Shown: positions 30,141 to 39,436, numbered from the stretch's first letter. The stretch: 64,000 nucleotides of DNA from Parcubacteria group bacterium (GCA_013204395.1 JABMNZ010000025.1:9007-73006), one strand, 5' to 3'. The notes: generated by a model from the letters alone, not told the origin. Made by a program: numbers and translations.

Positions 30141-30692
30141 ATGTCAAAGAAAAGAATTCCAAAAACAAGAGCGTATTTGCAAAAACTTACAAGGCGAATA
30201 GAACGACTCGAATCAGATATACCTATTAGTTTTGGGGCACGTGGTACAGGGGTGAGAGCAGGATCGTTTGAGATCGGTGCAAGAATCGAGAATCGAATTC
30301 AAGCAAATAAACTTAGAGTCGAAAGAGATTTGGTCAGAAATGGACTCCTAGAGATTCAGCAGAGAGGGGCTGAGACTACTTTTAGCTTGACTGTAGCGGG
30401 ATTATTACAGGTATTGAAAGACAGGATTGTTCTGGAGAGGAGAGAGATGCTTGAAGATGAGCGTTGTTTTGTTATCTTTGATGTTCCAGAAGATATTCGA
30501 AAAACCAGAAATACATTACGTCACTTTTTAAAACAAGCCGGATTTAAGCAAGTTCAGCAAAGTGTTTGGGTGACAGATAAGGATGTTGCTGATGACATGA
30601 GACAACTTGTTGAAGAACTTAAGATCTCAGATTGGGTTCGAGTGATAGTGGGGCGTTTGATCGAGACGGAATATACGACGGCCGTCGTATGA
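30141..30692 (+). CDS. PaaX-like regulator with Cas2-like domain
   Basis: wHTH-like LVRNGLLE..FSLTVAG, then FVIFDVPEDIRKTRNTLRHFLKQAGFKQVQQSVW. Confidence 0.8.
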   Translation: MSKKRIPKTRAYLQKLTRRIERLESDIPISFGARGTGVRAGSFEIGARIENRIQANKLRVERDLVRNGLLEIQQRGAETTFSLTVAGLLQVLKDRIVLERREMLEDERCFVIFDVPEDIRKTRNTLRHFLKQAGFKQVQQSVWVTDKDVADDMRQLVEELKISDWVRVIVGRLIETEYTTAVV

Positions 30693-30700
30693 ATCGTTTG
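30665..30700. repeat. Palindromic repeat, copy 2 (overlaps the gene's stop codon)
   Basis: gacggaatatacgacggccgtcgtatgaatcgtttg; perfect 18-bp palindrome at 30673-30690. Confidence 0.8.
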
Positions 30701-30764
30701 TTGGAAATTTGTGATTTTATTTGGACATGTTGGCAATTAGAGATTTCTGTAGTTGAGTTAATGA

Positions 30765-30823
30765 TTGACAAAGAGGTGTCGCGCTGCTAAGTTCTTTCTC
30801 TCTGTCATCCGGCAGGGGTTTGC
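30765..30823 (+). promoter_or_regulatory. Cassette promoter plus leader hairpin, copy A
   Basis: TTGACA-17-TAAGTT, then ctctctgtcatccggcaggggtttgc. Confidence 0.7.
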
Positions 30824-30842
30824 TAAGGAGTCTCATAATAAG

Positions 30843-31577
30843 ATGAGTAGAGACAAACGTGACGGTGGGATGGTGCTGCTCGAGGAGCCGCATTTTGATC
30901 AAATGAATCCATGGGGACAGCCGGTCGTTGGCTGGCTCCCAACTTCTCAAGGAGTGGGAGGGATTCAGAACCATCGCGGCTGGGCCATGCTCAGGACCGT
31001 GCTGTGGAAGCTGGACGAGGGTGGCAACCCCATTCCTCTGTACGACCAGCCCGTGATCGTGGAGAAGCCGGGTGCCATCGTGATCGCCACGGTGGGAGAT
31101 CGGATCGGTTTGATCCAGAGCTACCGCATGGTGGCCGAGCGACTCATGCCGGAATCGGGGAACGACTACATCCGTCGTCTTCAGAGCGAAGAACGATGGG
31201 GTGAACTGGTCGAGAGTACCGGAAAGTGGATGTGGGAGGCCCCTCGCGGTCTCATCGATGGCGACCCAAAGGAGATGGACGCAGAAGCGTTCGTGATCAA
31301 GTCGGCGAAGCTGGAGGCGGCTGAAGAGGCTGGTTTCCGTCTGAAGGGAGCTCGGCTTGTCGGTCGAGTGAACGTGAACCCCACCTTCTACCTGCACTCG
31401 CAGTGGGTGGTTCACGCCGAGATCGAATCCGTTGGTGATGCCAAGCCGGAGAACCTCGAGATCATCGGGGACAAGCGCCTGTTCACCATGGATGAACTTC
31501 GTGCGGCGAGCATCGACGGCACATTCGACGATGGACTTACTCTGGCGGGCATGGCCCTGTGCGGAATGAGTCTCTGA
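30843..31577 (+). CDS. Divergent NUDIX hydrolase (GC-rich islet)
   Basis: WEAPRGLIDG...AKLEAAEEAGF Nudix-like box; DDGLTLAG tail; SD AAGGAG. Confidence 0.75.
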   Translation: MSRDKRDGGMVLLEEPHFDQMNPWGQPVVGWLPTSQGVGGIQNHRGWAMLRTVLWKLDEGGNPIPLYDQPVIVEKPGAIVIATVGDRIGLIQSYRMVAERLMPESGNDYIRRLQSEERWGELVESTGKWMWEAPRGLIDGDPKEMDAEAFVIKSAKLEAAEEAGFRLKGARLVGRVNVNPTFYLHSQWVVHAEIESVGDAKPENLEIIGDKRLFTMDELRAASIDGTFDDGLTLAGMALCGMSL

Positions 31578-31629
31578 AGCGAGTCTGTGTTCCAGAATGA
31601 GTCCATACGAGGACTAATTCTGGAGTAAA

Positions 31630-31672
31630 GATTTTCTACGCGCGGTCTGAAATACGGCTGCTTTTTTGTTTG
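31630..31672 (+). terminator. Cassette terminator repeat, copy A
   Basis: 43 nt, 42/43 identical to 32753..32795; gcggtc/ggctgc stem plus U-tract. Confidence 0.8.
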
Positions 31673-31702
31673 AGTCGAATTGTCGATCTTATACCTTTAC
31701 GA

Positions 31703-31762
31703 TTGACAATAAGTGAAATGGCTGCTAATTTGAGTCCTCTCTGTCATCCGGCAGGGTTTTGC
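31703..31762 (+). promoter_or_regulatory. Cassette promoter plus leader hairpin, copy B
   Basis: TTGACA-17-TAATTT, then ctctctgtcatccggcagggttttgc (25/26 identical to copy A). Confidence 0.7.
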
Positions 31763-31806
31763 AGATGCAGCTCTGGCCCACCAAGGTCAGTCTGTGCGAG
31801 GTTCAC

Positions 31807-32703
31807 ATGGGAGACGAAATCACAGAGGTTCCACCCGAGATTCAGAGAGTCGCTTGTTTGGCGATGACTCCTGAGGGGCAGGTGGTGTTCGACCACACAG
31901 GTGACAGGGCGGAGCTCAGGCTTGTGCAAGGTCAGCTGTGGGCAATGGAAACGGCAGAAGAGTGTGCTCAGCGACGGCTGACCACAAGTCTCTTCGTGCG
32001 CTCAGGCTCCGAGATGAGTCTTCATAACCTGGGGCTGATCAGCCTCGGATCCGAGAGTCAGAGGACCCAGATGGTCCTGTTCGTTGCAACGGGAGTCGAT
32101 CTGAGAAAGGAAGGTATGCGGTCCATGGACGGACTGCAGGAAAACGACGAGCCTGTCCTACTGTCGCTCTACGAGATCTACAAGCAGATCAGGGAAGGGG
32201 CTATCAGCGACACGCTGGTCCAGACTGCCGTGATGCGGATGCTGGTTACCGGACTCATCAATCCACCAGGGGTATTGCCACTGGCTCGATTCACGCCGGT
32301 GCACTCGATCACTCACCACTGGTTCTCTTCATTCATGGGCCATGGGATGACCTTGACCGTCATGTCTGATGGGCGCATCAGGCTTTACGACGGGTCAGAT
32401 GACTTCTGCTCGATGCCTCCGTCGGTCTTCGGAGTTCTCGCCACGGACCTCAAGCCGATCATTCGTCGGTTGAAGCGTCAGTCGCGTCGCAAGAGTGGTG
32501 TCTGGAGCTTCCGTCTCTACTTCTACCACGGCTACACCTACGACTACGCCGCCAAGAGGGACCGTGGAGGCAATGGTCCGCACCTGACGTTGTACTACGA
32601 GGTCAAGGAGCTCGAAAATGCACGTGCGCTCGCCATCAAGTTCCAGGAGATCCTGGATGCTCAAGCGAAGCTCCCTCAACTGAACCGACTCTGGTTCTTC
32701 TGA
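31807..32703 (+). CDS. Degenerate NUDIX-fold protein with unknown C-terminal domain (GC-rich islet)
   Basis: ETAEECAQRRL (Nudix box without the EE) and IREGAISDTL tail; start 31807 (GAGGT SD) or 31765. Confidence 0.6.
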   Translation: MGDEITEVPPEIQRVACLAMTPEGQVVFDHTGDRAELRLVQGQLWAMETAEECAQRRLTTSLFVRSGSEMSLHNLGLISLGSESQRTQMVLFVATGVDLRKEGMRSMDGLQENDEPVLLSLYEIYKQIREGAISDTLVQTAVMRMLVTGLINPPGVLPLARFTPVHSITHHWFSSFMGHGMTLTVMSDGRIRLYDGSDDFCSMPPSVFGVLATDLKPIIRRLKRQSRRKSGVWSFRLYFYHGYTYDYAAKRDRGGNGPHLTLYYEVKELENARALAIKFQEILDAQAKLPQLNRLWFF

Positions 32704-32752
32704 GAATCTCTAATCCCGAACCTGCGCTTAGATGTGCAGGTTCGGGATTGTG

Positions 32753-32795
32753 GATTTTCTACGCGCGGTCTGAAATACGGCCGCTTTTTTGTTTG
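32753..32795 (+). terminator. Cassette terminator repeat, copy B
   Basis: Repeat of 31630..31672; preceded by a perfect 14-bp hairpin aatcccgaacctgc/gcaggttcgggatt. Confidence 0.8.
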
Positions 32796-32841
32796 GTTGG
32801 AAGTTTGACGACATTTTATACACATCGTAGAGTATCGCCGT

Positions 32842-33924
32842 ATGAAAGCACTCATTGCAGCAGGTGGGCACGCAACACGTTTGCGGCCTATTACATGGAC
32901 GAGAAATAAGCATTTGATACCAATGGCTAACAAGCCAATGCTTTGGTATGTTCTTAAAAAGGTTACGGATGCTGGAATCAAAGACATCATCGTTAATGTG
33001 AATCCTGGCGAGGTAAAGTACATGTCTGATGCCCTGGGTGATGGCAGTGAGTTTGGTGCAACCATCACGTACTTGGAGCAGCGCGGGGGTGCTAAGGGGT
33101 TGGCTCATGTTGTGGCCAATGCTGAGGAACATCTCAAGGGTGAGCGATTCCTATTTTTCTTGGGCGACAATATTATCTTGGGATCCATCAATAAGTTTGT
33201 TGATCGATTTCAAAATGAGGAGCTCGACTGCATGATTGCTTTGTCGCATGTGAAGGACCCACATCGTTTTGGTGTTGCAGAGTTTGGTGTTGATGGAGAA
33301 CTTACACGGACGGTTGAAAAACCAAAGGATCCACCATCACCATTTGCCGTCACAGGAATTTATTTATTCGACGAAAAGTATTTTGAAGCTTTCAAGAACA
33401 TTGATCCATCTCCACGAGGTGAATATGAAATTACGGATATCATTACCTGGTATATCCGTAATGGAAAAGTTGGGCACGAGGAGATTACTGGATGGTGGAA
33501 AGATACTGGAACACCAGACGCACTTATTGAGGGCAACGCTCTCATTATGGATGACATGGAGCGCGGTGAATTCTGCGTGGACTGTAAGCCTCATGTGGAC
33601 GCACAGATTCAAGGACTTGTATCCATAGGTGAGGGGTCGGTTATTTCAAGTGACTGCTTGATCCGTGGACCTGTAACCATTGGAAAGAACTGTGTGATCG
33701 AATCAAGTTTTATCGGTCCGTACACGGCCATAGGGGATGGTGTGACGGTTCGCAATACAGAGGTTGAGCACTCCATCGTATTTGAGGGAGCAACGATCGA
33801 TACCACAAGACGTATTGTAAATAGTCTTATTGGCACAAACGCAACGCTGGTAGATCACAAACGGTCGCATCCAAAAACCAGCCATAGGCTGGTGATCGGT
33901 GATAATAGTTTTGTAGAGCTGTAA
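32842..33924 (+). CDS. rfbA: Glucose-1-phosphate thymidylyltransferase, long form
   Basis: AAGGHATRLRPIT..NKHLIP, PSPRGEYEITD, WWKDTG, left-handed beta-helix C-terminus. Confidence 0.9.
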   Translation: MKALIAAGGHATRLRPITWTRNKHLIPMANKPMLWYVLKKVTDAGIKDIIVNVNPGEVKYMSDALGDGSEFGATITYLEQRGGAKGLAHVVANAEEHLKGERFLFFLGDNIILGSINKFVDRFQNEELDCMIALSHVKDPHRFGVAEFGVDGELTRTVEKPKDPPSPFAVTGIYLFDEKYFEAFKNIDPSPRGEYEITDIITWYIRNGKVGHEEITGWWKDTGTPDALIEGNALIMDDMERGEFCVDCKPHVDAQIQGLVSIGEGSVISSDCLIRGPVTIGKNCVIESSFIGPYTAIGDGVTVRNTEVEHSIVFEGATIDTTRRIVNSLIGTNATLVDHKRSHPKTSHRLVIGDNSFVEL

Positions 33925-33959
33925 AAACAATCAGGTGAAACAAGTCCTTATGGGCTTGT

Positions 33960-35282
33960 TTATTTTTGAAGCTCTCTTTGCCAGATGGTTCCATCTTCTC
34001 CCATAAGAAGCATGACGTCTCCTTCGTCTAAGATTAGAACTTGCCCAGGAGTATCTGTGATTAATGGAAGGTGATCTGGTTGAGGGTCTTTGATGGCTAG
34101 GGCAAACGTGGTACCCGCCGCTTGATAGAGAACCACGGACCCCTTTGGGTACCATGCAATTTGATCGATTTTTTCACTGAGTCGCGTGATGGTGTGGGTT
34201 TGGTGCTGATCTCGTTGATAAAGTCGTAAGTCGAAATCACTTGTGTAGAGAAGTTGTTGGCCGTTTTTGTTCCATGTCCACCGTACTGCCATTTCATTGA
34301 GAAGAATTGGCTGCTCTCTGTTATTGGTATCAATGAGAATCAGTCGGTTGTGTTGAGAATCAAAAAGTCCAATGAGGGGTGATGGCGTAGGAATAAATGT
34401 GTAGTTTCCCAGTGGAAGATAGGTGATGATCGAGGCAATCTCTTCATCAAGAAAAGAGAGGACTGATCGATTGTTGTGTTCTGAGAGAATGATATTTCGT
34501 TCCTCAAACGAGGTTATTACAGACAGATCTGTGATAATGAGTTCCTTTGTGTAGGCTTTGATATCTACCTTAAGGGTTTCGTTGTCTGCCTTTACGTATA
34601 GCAAGTTGTCGTCTTCAACATCCCACCAGTAGGAGTCAACGTCTGCGAGCTCCATTGAAAGAGTTGATGGAACGTTACTATTTGTTTCAACTGGGACAAG
34701 TTCATGAAGTGATCCATATTCCCTTACTAGGAGAACATAGTCACCCTGAGGAGAAAATGAAATTGTGTAATGACTTGAACGGTTAAAGGAGAGTCTCATG
34801 AGCAGTTGAGTTGAGCTTTCATCTCCCTCTGTGCTCCACATTTCGAGCCAAGAACTTTCTTGGGTGAGGTATATGAGTTTATCTCCAGAGGGGCTTACAC
34901 CTGAAGCCAATATATTAAGATGCTGGACCGGTACAGGCTCTTTGTCTAGAAAAAGAATGACATCAGCGAATGTTGTTTCTCTACTTTTGAAGAATAGATT
35001 TTGTTTCCAGGAGATATACTCATCTTTTTCCAGCTTGATTTCATGCTCCCCTGGCAACACCGTTTCAATAACTGATGGAGTACGATCATATTCTTGTTCT
35101 CCGTCTATAAGCACATTGGCATTTCGTGGAACAGAGGTCATGTTGAGCACGGCGGTGTGTACAATGCGTCCGGATGCAATATCGAGTCTATAGCCAGCTG
35201 TATACAACACCAAAAGTGGTGCAGCAATCAAAAACATGAGAACAAAGGTTAGAAAAATGATTAGTCGAAGTTTGGATGACAT
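33960..35282 (-). CDS. PEGA-domain membrane-anchored protein with beta-propeller-like region
   Basis: Translation MSSKLRL... reads from CAT at 35280-82, so it is on the minus strand although the track says +; S.PRNANVLIDG...TP...LPGEHEIKLEK PEGA motif. Confidence 0.85.
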   Translation of the reverse strand: MSSKLRLIIFLTFVLMFLIAAPLLVLYTAGYRLDIASGRIVHTAVLNMTSVPRNANVLIDGEQEYDRTPSVIETVLPGEHEIKLEKDEYISWKQNLFFKSRETTFADVILFLDKEPVPVQHLNILASGVSPSGDKLIYLTQESSWLEMWSTEGDESSTQLLMRLSFNRSSHYTISFSPQGDYVLLVREYGSLHELVPVETNSNVPSTLSMELADVDSYWWDVEDDNLLYVKADNETLKVDIKAYTKELIITDLSVITSFEERNIILSEHNNRSVLSFLDEEIASIITYLPLGNYTFIPTPSPLIGLFDSQHNRLILIDTNNREQPILLNEMAVRWTWNKNGQQLLYTSDFDLRLYQRDQHQTHTITRLSEKIDQIAWYPKGSVVLYQAAGTTFALAIKDPQPDHLPLITDTPGQVLILDEGDVMLLMGEDGTIWQRELQK

Positions 35283-35340
35283 ACGAAGGTAGTTTACACC
35301 ATTCTCAGATGAGGTATCCTATGAATCGTTAGATACTATT

Positions 35341-36645
35341 ATGCTTCCAAGAAAACAACAAAAAAATAAGCAACCATTTCCAAGATCATTTACAGTTTTA
35401 CTTCTCCTCCTCGTAACAACGATTGCCTTCAGCATCGGTTTTTTTGTTGGGGAGACAAGTAGAGCACGTGAGCTGGTTCCAGTTGGAGAGGGGGTTGTTA
35501 CTGAGAAAGGGGATGTGCCTCCATATTTAGCGGATGATATTTCGTTTGAACAGTTTTGGAGTGTGTGGAACTTTGTCAAAGAAGAGTTTTACAAACAGCC
35601 GGTAAGTGATAAGGATTTGTTTTATGGATCTCTAAAGGGGTTGCTTTCTGGATTAGATGATCCGTACTCTGTCTATTTTGATCCAGAAGAAAGGAATAAG
35701 TTTAATGCAGATCTTGAGGGGAGTTTTGAGGGAATCGGGGCTGAGATTGGAATTAAAGACGATCAGTTGCAGATTATCGCACCTCTTTCGGGTATGCCAG
35801 CTGATTTAGCTGGTTTGTTGCCGGGAGATTGGATTGTAAAGATTGATGGGACAGAAACAAGAAACATGAGTGTTGAGGCCGCCGTCTCTCTTATTCGTGG
35901 TGAGGGAGGAACAGAGGTGGTTCTCTCTATTTATCATGAGGGATTAGAGGCAATTAAAGATGTGACCATTGTTCGAGGCAAGATTGTGATCGATTCCGTA
36001 AAGTGGGAGACAGATGAGAATAAGATCATGGAGATCTCTATCTCTACATTTAATCACGACACAAGTGGGTTGATGAATGAGGCTATTCAGGAGGCGCTTT
36101 CTACAAACGTAGAAGGCATTGTTCTCAATCTTCGCTCAAATCCAGGTGGGTTGTTAACCACAGCGATTGATATAGCCAGTGCCTGGGTTGGATATGACAC
36201 AGTGGTAATAGAGAGAACTAGAAGTCAGGCAAATACCTTTAATGGTGTAACCGCTCCTCGACTTCAGGATATCCCAACGGTTGTCCTGGTAAATGGTGGA
36301 AGTGCCTCTGCTTCTGAGATTGTTGCTGGAGCACTCCAGGACTATGGTTATGCGACTGTTGTTGGGACTCAGACATTTGGAAAAGGATCCGTACAGGATT
36401 ATCAGGAGCTCTCTGATGGTTCTGCGGTAAAGATCACCACAGCGGAGTGGTATACACCAAATGGGAGGACAATAAATAAGACTGGGCTTTCGCCGGATAT
36501 AGAAATCTTGTTTACACTTGAAGAGTATGAAGCGGGGATCGATCCTCAGTTGATTGTCGCCAAAGAGATCATTTTGGGAACGTATGAACCAACCGAAGTC
36601 ACAATCGAAGAAACCGACCCCACCGAGAACATCGAAACCGAATAA
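35341..36645 (+). CDS. ctpA: C-terminal processing peptidase, S41 family with PDZ domain
   Basis: LDDPYSVY, FEGIGAEI, NLRSNPGGLL, SASASEIVAGALQD, TFGKGSVQ. Confidence 0.95.
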   Translation: MLPRKQQKNKQPFPRSFTVLLLLLVTTIAFSIGFFVGETSRARELVPVGEGVVTEKGDVPPYLADDISFEQFWSVWNFVKEEFYKQPVSDKDLFYGSLKGLLSGLDDPYSVYFDPEERNKFNADLEGSFEGIGAEIGIKDDQLQIIAPLSGMPADLAGLLPGDWIVKIDGTETRNMSVEAAVSLIRGEGGTEVVLSIYHEGLEAIKDVTIVRGKIVIDSVKWETDENKIMEISISTFNHDTSGLMNEAIQEALSTNVEGIVLNLRSNPGGLLTTAIDIASAWVGYDTVVIERTRSQANTFNGVTAPRLQDIPTVVLVNGGSASASEIVAGALQDYGYATVVGTQTFGKGSVQDYQELSDGSAVKITTAEWYTPNGRTINKTGLSPDIEILFTLEEYEAGIDPQLIVAKEIILGTYEPTEVTIEETDPTENIETE

Positions 36646-37105
36646 AAAAGGAAAGCGAGAAAAGGTGCAGAGAGAGCTCTCCGCGGGTGGTGTGGTGTTT
36701 AGACGCTCCGGTAATGGAGTCTCGTTTGCGATGATGAAAGATTCCTATGGCAAATGGACATTTCCCAAGGGGCATATTGAAACAGGTGAGGATATTGAAG
36801 AGACTGCCGCACGTGAAACACTTGAGGAGCTTGGTCTTGAACAGGTTAGATTACTTGAATATTTGGGTTCAATTGATATTTGGTTTCGTGATCGATTTGA
36901 AAAGAAGGGACAGTTAATCAACAAGGACATTCATTACTATTTGTTCGAGGCCCCATCAGGAAGCCAGCTGGCACCAAATCCAGATGAGCATGCTTATGAT
37001 GCTTCCTGGGTACCAATGAGTCGTGTTGAAAAAATGTCTAGTTATCAGGACATGATTCCAATTGTAAAGAAGGCACTCGCCCATGTAAAAAGGCTTGGGC
37101 GTTGA
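36584..37105 (+). CDS. NUDIX hydrolase (Ap4A hydrolase-like)
   Basis: SAGGVVF, WTFPKGHIETGEDIEETAARETLEELGL. Confidence 0.88.
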   Translation: MNQPKSQSKKPTPPRTSKPNKKGKREKVQRELSAGGVVFRRSGNGVSFAMMKDSYGKWTFPKGHIETGEDIEETAARETLEELGLEQVRLLEYLGSIDIWFRDRFEKKGQLINKDIHYYLFEAPSGSQLAPNPDEHAYDASWVPMSRVEKMSSYQDMIPIVKKALAHVKRLGR

Positions 37106-37138
37106 CCAGACTCACGTGGTCTGATCTACTAATAGTGT

Positions 37139-37528
37139 ATGCAATTATCATTCCAAGGACGTGTGGTACCAGGAGAGGGAATGGCGCGTCGACTTGGTTG
37201 TCCGACTGCGAATATTGCGGTTGAACAAGGTGTTATTATTCCAGCTCTTGGGGTTTACGTTGGTGAGACTGAGGTAAATGGGAGGCGTTATGGATCATTG
37301 ATTTGTATTAATGATGGTCGAACAGGCTATAACCTAAAGATGGAGGTTCACCTATTGGGGCAGGACATTGAGCTTAATGGGAAGCGCATTAAAGTAAGGC
37401 TTGTGGATAAGATCAGAGACCTCATTCCTTATCCTGGCGAAAAGGAAATGGCGGAGATCGTTCAGCAAGATATGGTGAAGGCAACAGCTTGGATGCAGGG
37501 TCTTGAGACTCAAAAAAGCGCGGTATGA
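37139..37528 (+). CDS. Stand-alone riboflavin kinase domain
   Basis: G.GMARRLGCPTANI, GVY, MEVHLL, KIRD, IVQQD match the RibF C-terminal domain. Confidence 0.8.
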   Translation: MQLSFQGRVVPGEGMARRLGCPTANIAVEQGVIIPALGVYVGETEVNGRRYGSLICINDGRTGYNLKMEVHLLGQDIELNGKRIKVRLVDKIRDLIPYPGEKEMAEIVQQDMVKATAWMQGLETQKSAV

Positions 37529-37812
37529 AACGCGTTTTTATTGTTTATTAGGAGTGTGAATCATGGTTTTTTTTGATCTTGATGTATAAAGTGGATCTTA
37601 AATACGGTACTGAGTTGAGTCAAAAATTGGGTGCTGAGTTGGTTGTAGTTTCGGGCAAGAAGCACTTCTCTGGTCCTGTTGATAATGAAGAGAGTTGTGT
37701 GGAGCTTCCTCAGGCTCTAGATGCCGTAGTGGATATCTCAAGGGCTTGATATTCCCAAAAAATTAACATCGTGTTAACCTAATCCGCGTAAACATTAAGT
37801 TTTTCACACCTT

Positions 37813-38094
37813 ATGGCCAAACTTACCAAGAGCCAGTTCATGGTTGCGTTCGGTGAGCAGCTAGGACTCTCTAAGAAAGACGCTACAGAGAAGTGGGAGG
37901 CGTTTGTAGAACTCGCTTTGCGCGAGGTAGTTACAAACGGCGAATTCCCACTCCCAGGACTCGGCAAGCTCGTTAAGAAAGAACGTGCAGCCCGAATGGG
38001 TCGCAACCCAATGACAGGGGAGTCAATCTCGATTCCTGCAAAGACCGTTGTAAAGTTCCGTGTAGCAAAGTCCGCAAAGGACGCGTTGCTTTAA
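37813..38094 (+). CDS. hup: HU/IHF family DNA-binding protein
   Basis: LPGLGKL..KERAARMGRNPMTGESISIPAKTVVKFR. Confidence 0.93.
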   Translation: MAKLTKSQFMVAFGEQLGLSKKDATEKWEAFVELALREVVTNGEFPLPGLGKLVKKERAARMGRNPMTGESISIPAKTVVKFRVAKSAKDALL

Positions 38095-38106
38095 AAGGTT
38101 CAGTAC

Positions 38107-38138
38107 AAAAAGCCGTCCCTCACGGGGCGGTTTTTTGT
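38107..38138 (+). terminator. Intrinsic terminator
   Basis: aaaagccgtccc-tcac-ggggcggtttttt. Confidence 0.8.
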
Positions 38139-38303
38139 TTTAAGTTTTTTAATGATTGAAGCATTGGTATAAGAATGGAGGATACACCTGTCGAAGTGGA
38201 GGGTGTGAGACAGGTTGTCTCAGCCGTCATCATGGAACTCAGTTTCATCATGAGACACTTATAGTGCCCATCAAACCTGGTTTGATTCACGTAAGGTTAC
38301 TTG

Positions 38304-38328
38304 CTCCGATACGACATCGGAGTTTTTT
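38304..38328 (+). terminator. Terminator ending a putative small transcript upstream of hflX
   Basis: ctccgat-acgac-atcggag-tttttt. Confidence 0.65.
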
Positions 38329-38344
38329 GTTATGATAGCCGCGC

Positions 38345-39436
38345 ATGGAAAAAGAAAAAGCAATACTAGTGGATTTGATACATCCTCGCATGGATAGGCG
38401 CCATGCAATGGATCGAATGCAGGAATTAGAAGAATTGGTTAATACCTATGGGGGTATTGTCGTTGTGAAGCAATGGCAGAAAAGAAGTGCCCCTCATCCA
38501 AAGACGTACATTGGCACAGGAAAGGTTGAGGAGTTGGGTAATGAGGGTAAAGAGCATGGGGTGAGTATACTCATTATTAATGATCAGCTAAGGCCACGTC
38601 AGGTTTACGATGTTGGTGAGATGCTCAGTCCGTTTGGGATTCAGGTATGGGATAGGATTGATTTGATCTTGAAGATCTTTGCCAAGCACGCAAAAACAGC
38701 AGAAGCCAAGCTTGAGATAGAATTGGCTAGTGTGAGGCACATGGGTCCACGGATCTTTGGTATGGGAATGGAACTCTCTCGACAGGGAGGGGGCACAGGG
38801 ACTCGTGGAATCGGAGAGACAAACAGTGAGAGAATGAAAAGACACCTGAAAGAGAAAGAACGTCGTATTAAATCGAAGTTGGAAAAGTTTAAAAATGGGA
38901 GGAGCCTGGCACGCCAAGGACGTCGACGCAGAGGCCTCAAAACGGTCTCTATCGTTGGATACACCAATGCTGGGAAGACAACACTCCTTAATGCGCTCAC
39001 AGGGCGTAAGGAGTACGTCGCCAATGAGCTTTTTGCGACCTTAGATACCCGTGTGGGGCAGCTGTATTTGCCAGAGAGTCATTCGACCGCGCTTTTGTCT
39101 GATACTATTGGTTTTATTAAGGACCTGCCACCCGAACTTTTGAACGCTTTTTCCTCGACATTGTCTGAGGCTGTTGAAGCAGATCTTTTGCTGCAAGTGA
39201 TTGACGTTAGTGATAAGGACTATAAGCAGCACATAGAAGTTGTGGATGATATTTTGGAAAGGCTGGGCCTAACGGAGACGAAGCGACTGTTGGTTTTCAG
39301 TAAAATTGACGGGATAAGTAAAAAAACCAAACTAGAAATTCAGGAGCAATTTAAAGAAACTCAGCATGTATTTGTCTCAGCACTAAAACGCACGGGCCTG
39401 GACACATTAACCAGCGCAATAGAAAACAGCCTCTAG
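38345..39436 (+). CDS. hflX: GTPase HflX
   Basis: YIGTGKVEEL, GYTNAGKTTL, LFATLDT, DTIGFI. Confidence 0.96.
   Translation: MEKEKAILVDLIHPRMDRRHAMDRMQELEELVNTYGGIVVVKQWQKRSAPHPKTYIGTGKVEELGNEGKEHGVSILIINDQLRPRQVYDVGEMLSPFGIQVWDRIDLILKIFAKHAKTAEAKLEIELASVRHMGPRIFGMGMELSRQGGGTGTRGIGETNSERMKRHLKEKERRIKSKLEKFKNGRSLARQGRRRRGLKTVSIVGYTNAGKTTLLNALTGRKEYVANELFATLDTRVGQLYLPESHSTALLSDTIGFIKDLPPELLNAFSSTLSEAVEADLLLQVIDVSDKDYKQHIEVVDDILERLGLTETKRLLVFSKIDGISKKTKLEIQEQFKETQHVFVSALKRTGLDTLTSAIENSL

Noticed and set aside
30094-30700. CRISPR array or CRISPR-Cas locus
   Set aside because: Only two local repeats, separated by a whole gene; no regular spacers and no cas1; the protein is PaaX-like with a Cas2-like fold
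31578-32750. Integron attC sites
   Set aside because: The hairpins after the ORFs lack RYYYAAC/GTTRRRY ends, and no integrase is in the window
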